From a virus (Duplodnaviria > Caudoviricetes): DNA of 62,724 nt. Shown here in pieces: positions 55,881 through 62,724 of this stretch. The stretch covers positions 1 through 62,724 of IMG/VR virus record IMGVR_UViG_3300014323_000033; one strand, written 5' to 3'. The notes under the pieces are model-generated. The model did not search any database and was not told the DNA's origin. It saw only the letters and a list, made by a program, of their open reading frames with translations. The translations under genes and the position numbers were made by a program. Each line of letters starts with the position of its first letter. Positions within the stretch are counted from its first letter, which is position 1.

Positions 55881-57035
55881 ATGACCCAACCGACCCCCTT
55901 CAACATTCACCAGAGCCCCGCTTCCGCCCTCCGTGCCGGCGCCGACCCGGCCATGGTGCGCGGGATCGCCGAGAAGAACCTGCAGCGCGCGCTCACCGTG
56001 GGGCGCCAGGGCGCCGCCGCCGTCGTCGAGCGCGTGATGCGCGAGGTGCCGCACGACCAGCTCGCGCCCGCCGCGAAGCTGCGCGTCACGATCAGCGACG
56101 ACGACCGCGTGGCGCACCTCCTCCTGCCCACCGAGACCCGCCCGATGCACCCGCACGCCTTCGACCAGATCGCCGAGCGGGCCGGCGTGCCGCGCGCCTA
56201 CGCGCACGCCCTCCTCGAGCAGGCCGACGCGATCAAGGACGGCGAGCGCCCCGACGCGTGGCGGCACCGGCTCCTCGAGCACACGTTCCAACAGCACCTG
56301 CAGCATTCGCGCGATCGGTTTCTCGTGCGCTCGGTCGACGGCACGGCCAAGGGCATCCTGAGCGACCGGTTCAAGCGCTACGACTCCCGCCCGCTGCTCG
56401 AGGCGTTCGTCGCCGACTGCGACGCCGTGGGCGCCGTGCCCGTGGACGGCGTCGGTGGGGAGGTGCGGCTCGCCATGCGGGCCATCGTGCCGACCATGCT
56501 CGAGCCGGTGCCCGGCGAGTTCATCGTCCTCGGCCTCGAATGGCGCAACAGCGATTTCGGCGCCGGCGCGTACTCGGTGAACGCCTACCTCCTCCGCTGC
56601 GCGTGCCTGAACGGCGTCGTCCAGAGCCGCGAAATCCGCGCCGTGCACGTGGGCGGGCGGCTCGACGAATCGACGCTCTGGTCGGACCGCACCCGCGATC
56701 TCGACCTCAAGACGCTCGTGAGCCAGACGAGCGACGCGGTCAAAGGCCTCCTCGGCGAGAAGGGCCGGCAGAGCATTTTCGAGGCGATCCAGGCCGCGCA
56801 CGCCGCGCCCATGACGCCCGAGGGCGCGACCCGCACGCTCGCCAAGCGCCTCACCAAGGCCGAGACGGGCTCGGTCGTCGAGGCTTTCAAGAGCGACGAC
56901 GTGGTGAACCTGCCGCCCGTGCAGAGCCGGTACCGCCTCTCGCAGGCGATCTCATGGCTCGCGAACCGCGAGGGCACGAGCGAGGAGCGGCGCCTCGAGC
57001 TGCAGACCGTGGCCGGCGACGTGATGGCCGCCTGA
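55881..57035 (+). CDS. DUF932-like domain protein
   Basis: RBS GAAAGG; A..QI...AG.P..Y, ILSDRF..YD, NSD.G.G, R.AC.NG, H.G motifs. Confidence 0.72.
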   Translation: MTQPTPFNIHQSPASALRAGADPAMVRGIAEKNLQRALTVGRQGAAAVVERVMREVPHDQLAPAAKLRVTISDDDRVAHLLLPTETRPMHPHAFDQIAERAGVPRAYAHALLEQADAIKDGERPDAWRHRLLEHTFQQHLQHSRDRFLVRSVDGTAKGILSDRFKRYDSRPLLEAFVADCDAVGAVPVDGVGGEVRLAMRAIVPTMLEPVPGEFIVLGLEWRNSDFGAGAYSVNAYLLRCACLNGVVQSREIRAVHVGGRLDESTLWSDRTRDLDLKTLVSQTSDAVKGLLGEKGRQSIFEAIQAAHAAPMTPEGATRTLAKRLTKAETGSVVEAFKSDDVVNLPPVQSRYRLSQAISWLANREGTSEERRLELQTVAGDVMAA

Positions 57036-57124
57036 TCGTCCTCCGGTGCGGGGCCCGCAGCTACGGCTCGGGCCTCGCGCCGGGGGCGCATCTCGCGCCC
57101 CTTGGAAAACAAGGAGTCCACGTC

Positions 57125-57664
57125 ATGCCCTCACCGTCGTCCGTTCCCCCAGTGCTAAAACCCGGCCGCGCGCCGAAGCTCGATCCCGGGCTCGCCGAAG
57201 CGCGGTTCGCCATGGCCGAGATCATCAACGTCATCGAAAAGGGCGCCACCGTCGAGGAGCTCGCCGGCGCCCTGCGCGAGCTTGGGCGCGGGTGCTTCAT
57301 GCTCGTCGCGGGCCGCAGCGAGGACCGCTTTTGCTCCAAGTGCCAGGCGCGGATCAACGCGTGGGACCTCCTGCCGCTCGTGGGCTACCAGCTCGACGAA
57401 GACCGCGTCCTCGAGCTCAGGAACTGCCGCCACTGCGGGTCCACCCTGAGCGCCGAGGTGCCCGAGCACGAGCGCGCCGACGCGCGGCTCAAGGCGCTCG
57501 AGGGCTACCTGCGCCAGGGCGAGACGATCGACCGCGTGGTCGAGCTCGCGAGCATCGGCGGCCGCCTGGTCATCAACGCGCGCCACCGGCACGGCACCGA
57601 CCGCACGCTCACGGGCGTCGAAACCCTGGGATTCGGCTTGCAAACGCTGCTCGGTGGCCGGTGA
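57125..57664 (+). CDS. Hypothetical protein with zinc finger
   Basis: RBS AAGGAG; CSKC...LELRNCRHCGSTL. Confidence 0.7.
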   Translation: MPSPSSVPPVLKPGRAPKLDPGLAEARFAMAEIINVIEKGATVEELAGALRELGRGCFMLVAGRSEDRFCSKCQARINAWDLLPLVGYQLDEDRVLELRNCRHCGSTLSAEVPEHERADARLKALEGYLRQGETIDRVVELASIGGRLVINARHRHGTDRTLTGVETLGFGLQTLLGGR

Positions 57665-58131
57665 CGCCGACGGCCGGCGTTGCGGGGTGCGAACGCTACC
57701 TCGCGGTCGTGATCGAGAACGACCAGGCGATCGGCGCGTGGCTGCTCGAGGCGCCCGAGGCCGTGCCCTCGGGCGGCGCTGCCGAGGCGATGATGCTGAC
57801 CCGCATGTGGGCCACCGTCGAAGACTGGAACGCGCGGTTCGGCGGGACGACCATGCGGCTGCTCTTCTGCGCGCCGCACGACATGAACCAGCAGAACCGC
57901 GTTTTCCAACGGCGCACGGCGCAGGCCCAGGCCGTCACCGGTGAGCGGCTGCAGGAGATGCTCGCCCTCGAGCGCGCGCAGCAGGAGCGCCGGCGCCTGC
58001 TCGCTCACGCCGTCGTCCGCAAGACCTGGCAGGGGCTCGGGGCCGCGCCGCCGGCGGCCCTGCGCGCCTTCGACGTGGCGATCTCCTGCTTCGCCGCAGC
58101 GCTCGCCACGGAGCCAGCCGGCAGCGCGTAG
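57661..58131 (+). CDS. Hypothetical protein
   Basis: GTGA coupling. Confidence 0.6.
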   Translation: MTPTAGVAGCERYLAVVIENDQAIGAWLLEAPEAVPSGGAAEAMMLTRMWATVEDWNARFGGTTMRLLFCAPHDMNQQNRVFQRRTAQAQAVTGERLQEMLALERAQQERRRLLAHAVVRKTWQGLGAAPPAALRAFDVAISCFAAALATEPAGSA

Positions 58132-58407
58132 CGCGCGCGTGGTGCGAACGCCGGGCTCGGGTGGTGGTGCCCCTTCCAAGCCGAGCCCGGCGCTGCGCCT
58201 CGTGCGTCGCCTCTACGCCGCTGCGCGTCAACGCGGCGAATGGTCCCCTCAAGTGCTGCGTGAGGTCTCGCGGCGCAAGGCCTCGACGCGCGGCGGCTCT
58301 CCCCGAGGGGTGAGACACGAACGCCCCGAGAGCCGTTGACTTCGGGGCGTCCGTGTGGCGGTCTCGTGGACCGCCCGCCTGTGGTTAGGTGGGCAGCCTA
58401 GCTGCGC

Positions 58408-58824
58408 ATGCCCCAGCAATCAAGCCCGGTTCTCGTGCCGGTCGATCTCCTTCGGCTTTTTTTCGGCGCTGAACGAGTGTCCGGCGTGATCGCACGCCTC
58501 ACCGTGAGCTGGTTCGTGCTCACGGGCGGTTGGGAAGCCGACTTTTCGGACGAGCGCGCGAACCTGATCGCCGTCCGGATGGCCTCGTGGATCTGGCCGC
58601 CGCAGCTCTGGCGCGTGGAAGGCCGGATCCCGCCCACCACGACGGCCGTGCTCCTCGAGCTGCAGGGCCTCGGGCTCGTGAAGCTCGGCGAACGCATGGG
58701 CGGCTCGATCCCGGTGCAGGTGCTCAAGCTCTACGGCCTGCCCGACCGGATCCTCGCCGAGCTCGACGCCCTGATCGCCAAACGCCACGCCGGCAGCGCC
58801 GGCGCCTCGGAGGACGCCGAATGA
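58408..58824 (+). CDS. Hypothetical protein (possible winged-helix)
   Basis: L.EL..LGLV motif; coupled to the initiator-like gene. Confidence 0.6.
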   Translation: MPQQSSPVLVPVDLLRLFFGAERVSGVIARLTVSWFVLTGGWEADFSDERANLIAVRMASWIWPPQLWRVEGRIPPTTTAVLLELQGLGLVKLGERMGGSIPVQVLKLYGLPDRILAELDALIAKRHAGSAGASEDAE

Positions 58825-59756
58825 CCTCACACGAGCTAGCCGACCTGCTCGAGGCCCTCGCCGCGCGCCTGCGCCTCGAGCCCCCGCGCACGAGCGCCCA
58901 CGAGCGCCGGTTCGAGATCGACCCGGGCCTCACTTTCGACGTGCCGAACGCGGCCACCCTGCGCCAAAGGAGGCGCCGCGCAGGCGTGACGGTTGGCGTG
59001 ACATCTGGCGTGACATCGCCACCAAATGTCACGCCTCCCGAACCGCCTAAGGCCGGCCCGCTCGAGCCGCCGCTCGAGCCCTCAACCCCCGCGCGCGCCG
59101 TCCGGTTAGATCCTTCCGAGTCTCCGGAATCAGAGAAGAAATCCGGACATTCTTCTGATCTCCGGATCCAAAGACCTGACAGCGAGCCCGCGCGATCGAG
59201 CCTCCCAAATGTGCCCGTCGAGGGCGTGACACCGCGCCGATCTGTCACGCCTCTCCGTGGGCGTGACACCGAGGCGTTCGCCATGGACGCCGACTGGCCC
59301 CTGCCCGACGAGCTCGTGGCCTCCCTCGGGATCGCGCCGGGCATCCCGGCACGCGCTGCTCGCTGGATCCTCCGGCAGGCGACCGGCTACTACGCCCAGG
59401 ACGCCGCCGACCTCCGTGCCGCGCCCGTGTGGCGCAAGGCCCTGCACGTTTGGGCGTGCAAGGTTTGGAGCGACCCCAAGAAGCGCGCCGAGGCCATGGC
59501 CGCGAGCGCCCCCTCGCAGCAGGTCGGCGGGCACCACGAGGGGCCGGTCGAGCGCATCGACCCGCCGAAGGAGTGGACCGAGGCCGTGCGCCGCCCGGTC
59601 GAGCCGGCGCCCAAGGAGGCGTTCGAGCTCCTCGCCCGCCTGGACGCGGCGCGCGTTCGGGACGGTCTGCCCCCCATCGCGAGCGCCGATCGGCCCGCTC
59701 CGGGCAGCGTGGCGCGGCCGCGGGGGCAAAACGGCGGGGGCGGCGGCCATGGTTGA
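58821..59756 (+). CDS. Putative replication initiator (lambda O-like architecture)
   Basis: Upstream of DnaB; RQRRRR then repeat-encoded linker; C-terminal .DW.LP...W..W domain. Confidence 0.65.
   Translation: MTSHELADLLEALAARLRLEPPRTSAHERRFEIDPGLTFDVPNAATLRQRRRRAGVTVGVTSGVTSPPNVTPPEPPKAGPLEPPLEPSTPARAVRLDPSESPESEKKSGHSSDLRIQRPDSEPARSSLPNVPVEGVTPRRSVTPLRGRDTEAFAMDADWPLPDELVASLGIAPGIPARAARWILRQATGYYAQDAADLRAAPVWRKALHVWACKVWSDPKKRAEAMAASAPSQQVGGHHEGPVERIDPPKEWTEAVRRPVEPAPKEAFELLARLDAARVRDGLPPIASADRPAPGSVARPRGQNGGGGGHG
58983..59267. repeat. Iteron-like GGCGTGAC repeats, candidate replication origin
   Basis: Seven copies (58983, 58995, 59007, 59223, 59260 forward; 59028, 59244 reverse) around an AT-richer spacer. 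Confidence 0.7.
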
Positions 59757-59940
59757 CGAAAAGGCGGCGGGTGAGGGCGTGCTGCGCCTCATGCGTTCCA
59801 ACCCTGGTTCAACGACGCGGCAGCTCGCGGCCAAGGGCCGGCTCGACCTGCCTTGGCTCCGTGACCGCCTGCTCGTGCTCGTGAAGGACGGCCGGGCGCT
59901 CTGCACCGGCGGTCGCTGGTTCGTGCGGGGTGCGAAGTGA
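59749..59940 (+). CDS. Small winged-helix protein
   Basis: VL..M..NPG.T...LA.....L..L.KDG....G.RW. Confidence 0.65.
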   Translation: MVDEKAAGEGVLRLMRSNPGSTTRQLAAKGRLDLPWLRDRLLVLVKDGRALCTGGRWFVRGAK

Positions 59941-61289
59941 GCACCGACAACCGTGGCGCCGAGCTCGTGGTCGCCGAGCTGCAGTGCTCGGCGCGCGTGG
60001 TGAGCGCGCTCTACCTCGACCGGGACTTCCGCCGCGCCGCCCGCCCGCTCGTGAGCGCCGACCTTTTCCCCGGCCGGTTCGAGGGCATGCTCGCGGTCCT
60101 GCTCTGCGAGCTCGGCGACGACGTCGACGACGCCCGGGTGCTGCTCGAGATCGACCGGCGCGAGCTGCAGCGGTACGCGAAGACCGAGGGCGGCGTCGTT
60201 TCGCAGGGCTGGATCCTCGAGCAGCTCATGGCCGGGCAGTACACGGCCGACCCGCTGCGCGAGCTCGCCCGGCTCAAGGAGCTCAAGGCGCTCCGGAACC
60301 TGCGCTACGGCCTGATCGAGCTCGAACGCGAGATCGGCGCGGCGCAAACGAATCTCGGGCAGGCGTCGACGCGCGTGTCGGCCCTGCTCACGAGCGCGAG
60401 CGCCCATGCCGGCGTGCAGGTGCGGCGGCTCGGCGAGGCCCTGCACGCGGCGTTCGAGCGCGCCGCGAACGCGACGCATGGCGTGGCGACGCGCGCGCTG
60501 CAGACCGGGTTCCCCGAGCTCGACGCCAACACGGGCGGGATCCTGCTTGGGTACTCGTGGGTCATGGGGGCGTCGACGAATTGGGGCAAGAGCACGTCCC
60601 TCGTCGCGCTCTACCTCGCCGGCGTGGCCCAGGGCTTCCGCCCGCTCATCGTCTCGGGCGAGGACGCCGAGGAGCTCTACGCCCGCCGCGTGCTCGGCCG
60701 GATCGCGGCCGTGAACCCCGCGCGCCTGCGCGACGGGAAGCTCGAACGCGAAGCGTGGCCCCGGCTCACCGAAGCCGTCGCGCGGTTCGCGAGCGCGGCC
60801 TCGCTGCCGTTCTTCCTAGACTGCCGGGGCAAGCCGAGCGAGCAGGTGCTGCGTGAGACGCGCGGCGCCGTGGCGGCCGAGGGGATCGACCTCCTGCTCG
60901 TGGACTACCTGCAGGTCTGGCGCCCCGAGCAGAGGAACGACCGGCGCCACGAGGTGGCCGACATCGCCTCGGGCTTCACCGACATCATCAAGAGCGCGGC
61001 GCACGGGTGCGCCGGCGTGCTCTTCTCGCAGCTCACCGTCGAGCAGGGCGAGGAGCCCAACAAGGAATCGATTCGCGAGAGCAAAGACGTCGGGCACCGT
61101 GCCGAGGCCATCGTGCTCGGCTGGACCGACAAGCAAAAGCAGCGGTGGTTTTTGCTGGATAAAAACAAGGACGGCCCGTGCCCGGTGCGCGTCCCCGTTT
61201 GGTGGGACCCGGTGAGCGCCGCGATCGTGGCGTACGAGCCGGGCCACGAGCCCGCGCATCAGGAGGGCTTCGGCTTTGCCGCACCCTGA
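59937..61289 (+). CDS. dnaB: DnaB-like replicative helicase
   Basis: TGF.ELD..GG, GASTNWGKS, LLVDYLQ, FSQL, IRES, KNKDG. Confidence 0.88.
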   Translation: MSTDNRGAELVVAELQCSARVVSALYLDRDFRRAARPLVSADLFPGRFEGMLAVLLCELGDDVDDARVLLEIDRRELQRYAKTEGGVVSQGWILEQLMAGQYTADPLRELARLKELKALRNLRYGLIELEREIGAAQTNLGQASTRVSALLTSASAHAGVQVRRLGEALHAAFERAANATHGVATRALQTGFPELDANTGGILLGYSWVMGASTNWGKSTSLVALYLAGVAQGFRPLIVSGEDAEELYARRVLGRIAAVNPARLRDGKLEREAWPRLTEAVARFASAASLPFFLDCRGKPSEQVLRETRGAVAAEGIDLLLVDYLQVWRPEQRNDRRHEVADIASGFTDIIKSAAHGCAGVLFSQLTVEQGEEPNKESIRESKDVGHRAEAIVLGWTDKQKQRWFLLDKNKDGPCPVRVPVWWDPVSAAIVAYEPGHEPAHQEGFGFAAP

Positions 61290-61500
61290 GAGCGACGCCG
61301 AGGTCTACGCGCACCTGCTCGAGGCCGCGCGCATCTTGCGGGCGCTCGCCCGCGGCTCGCTCGGGCTGAACGCCGAGCAGGTGCCCGAGGTGAGCGCGTG
61401 GCTCGCGCGCGACGGCGTCTACGTCGACTCGGGCAAACTCCCCGCGCGAAAGCGCAACAGCAAGAAAGGACGCCCTCATGGCGAAAAGCAAACCCGATAA
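61276..61500 (+). CDS. Small hypothetical protein
   Basis: RBS AGGAGG before TTG; fills the gap. Confidence 0.55.
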   Translation: MPHPESDAEVYAHLLEAARILRALARGSLGLNAEQVPEVSAWLARDGVYVDSGKLPARKRNSKKGRPHGEKQTR

Positions 61501-61909
61501 AAAGAAGCCGTACCCGAAGGACCTCGAGCGCCAGATCAGCAAGGCCGAGGCCGCCGAGCTCGGCCCGAAAATGGGCGCCGCGCTCGAGACGATCAACACG
61601 CTCAAGGAGCGCAAGGCCGCGAGCGCGAAAGACTGGCAGTCGAAGATCGACGCGGCCGAGCTCGAGCTCGAACGCTTCGGCGAAGCGATCCGCACCGGCC
61701 GGATCGAGGAAAGCGTGCTCGTGTACGACGAGCCCGACGAGCGCCGGCTCGAGGTCGTCACCAAGCGCCACGACAACGACAAGGTCGTCGATCGCCGGCC
61801 CATGACGGCCGCCGAGCGGCAGGGCTCGCTGCCCGGCACCACGGACGACGACTCCGAGGAGGACCCGGACGACGGTGACGGCGAGGATCCGCCGGAGGAC
61901 GCGAACTAA
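61478..61909 (+). CDS. Hypothetical protein with coiled coil and acidic tail
   Basis: RBS AAAGGA; R.MT..ERQ..L. Confidence 0.7.
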   Translation: MAKSKPDKKKPYPKDLERQISKAEAAELGPKMGAALETINTLKERKAASAKDWQSKIDAAELELERFGEAIRTGRIEESVLVYDEPDERRLEVVTKRHDNDKVVDRRPMTAAERQGSLPGTTDDDSEEDPDDGDGEDPPEDAN

Positions 61910-61910
61910 G

Positions 61911-62480
61911 ATGCTCGTCCTCGGCGTTGACCCCGGGATCGCAAACCTGGGCGCGAGCGTCGTGGAAGCGACAGGGGCGGCCGCGCCGCCCCTGCTCTCT
62001 TACTGCAAGAGCTTCCACACGGAGCCCGACAAGACGCTGCAGGCGCAGCGCGATCTCGAGCGCCGGCTCGGCCTCGTGGTGCAGCACGTCGTCGCCGTGG
62101 CCGCGAAGTACCACGTCCAGATCGCCGGCGTGGAAGACCAGGCCGACGTCGGCTGGGCCAAGGAGCTCGAGGGCAAGATGGACCACAACAGCCGGCGCGC
62201 GCGCGACGTGGCGTTCGTCGTCGCCGGCGCGCTCATGGCGATCGGCGTCGAGGTGTTTCTCATTCGGCCGCAGACGGCGCGCGTGGCGCTGCTCGGCAAG
62301 GGCTCGGGCCGCGCGAGCAAGGGCGACATCAAACTGCGCGTCGAGCACATGAGCCGCGCCGTGAACGCCGATATCCGTTTCAGTGAGCACGCCTGCGATT
62401 CGGTCGCGATCGGCGCCGGCGCGTACCGCGCGCACGTCGAGCTGCGCGCACGGCCTCGCATGCTCGGGGGCCGAGCGTGA
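61911..62480 (+). CDS. ruvC: RuvC-like Holliday junction resolvase
   Basis: VLGVDPG...G, GVE, G.G.ASK, H..D..AI. Confidence 0.88.
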   Translation: MLVLGVDPGIANLGASVVEATGAAAPPLLSYCKSFHTEPDKTLQAQRDLERRLGLVVQHVVAVAAKYHVQIAGVEDQADVGWAKELEGKMDHNSRRARDVAFVVAGALMAIGVEVFLIRPQTARVALLGKGSGRASKGDIKLRVEHMSRAVNADIRFSEHACDSVAIGAGAYRAHVELRARPRMLGGRA

Positions 62481-62724
62481 CCGCGCGCGTCGTTGTGGCC
62501 GACCCGCCGTGGCCGTTCGAGGACCGCCTGCCGGGCGGGCGCGGCGCGGCGCAGCACTACCGGACGCTCGCGCTCGAACGCATCAAGCGGTTCCCCCTGC
62601 CCGAGCTCGAGAAGGACGCGGTCCTGTTTCTCTGGCGCGTGGCCGCAATGCAGGAGGAGGCGCTCGAGGTCGTGCGCGCGTGGGGCTTCACGCCGAAGGC
62701 TGAGGTCGTGTGGGCCAAGACCAC
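62477..62724 (+). CDS. MT-A70 family adenine methyltransferase, 5' part (continues across the join to 418)
   Basis: GTG overlapping the RuvC stop; translates VVVADPPWPF...AAQHYRTL...DAVLFLW, the MT-A70 N-terminus with catalytic DPPW. Confidence 0.88.
   Translation, partial: MTARVVVADPPWPFEDRLPGGRGAAQHYRTLALERIKRFPLPELEKDAVLFLWRVAAMQEEALEVVRAWGFTPKAEVVWAKT
62602..62724 (+). repeat. Right copy of 123-bp terminal direct repeat (circular overlap)
   Basis: Identical to 1-123. Confidence 0.97.

Larger units (their letters stand above)
1..62724. mobile_element. Complete circular bacteriophage genome (myovirus morphotype, Mu-like virion module, no transposase seen)
   Basis: Terminal 123-bp overlap; terminase, portal, capsid, sheath, baseplate, lysis and replication genes all present; no host housekeeping genes. 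Confidence 0.95.

Noticed and set aside
62602-62724. 123-bp terminal repeat as a physical genome end (DTR)
   Set aside because: It falls in the middle of the MT-A70 gene and is most simply an assembly overlap of a circular or permuted genome
1-62724. Stop-codon reassignment
   Set aside because: Core genes are intact under the standard code and TAG, TGA and TAA all terminate genes

Overview
The window is a complete, circularly permuted genome of a tailed dsDNA bacteriophage. Bases 1-123 are repeated exactly at 62602-62724 and the join runs through a gene, so the unit length is 62,601 bp. GC is very high (roughly 70% by eye). The host is not shown by the sequence; a myxobacterium-like host is only an inference. 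A + strand early/middle arm runs from 55331 through the join to about 11514. It encodes a DUF932-like protein, a replication initiator carrying iteron-like repeats, a DnaB-like helicase, RuvC, an MT-A70 methyltransferase, YqaJ/RecT recombination proteins, an SMC-like ATPase, a HerA-like ATPase, and DUF1643 and ASCH-like proteins. A - strand late arm (55120 down to 13352) encodes a ParB-methyltransferase, terminase, a Mu-like head and contractile tail (DUF935 portal, F protein, I-type protease/scaffold, capsid, sheath, tube, frameshifted chaperone, tape measure, baseplate) and lysis genes. I found no transposase, integrase, tRNA or CRISPR array. The most notable accessory content is a candidate virion-glycosylation system: a dTDP-glucose 4,6-dehydratase, a GT2-methyltransferase fusion and a second glycosyltransferase, in a genome with three collagen-like (Gly-X-Gln) virion proteins. 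Also notable are a stand-alone response-regulator receiver inside the lysis cassette, an EF-hand endolysin of unusual type, a lipoprotein matrixin-like protease, and a recurrent TANNNT-N5-8-start signature suggesting leaderless late mRNAs. All family assignments come from motifs read by eye, not from database searches.
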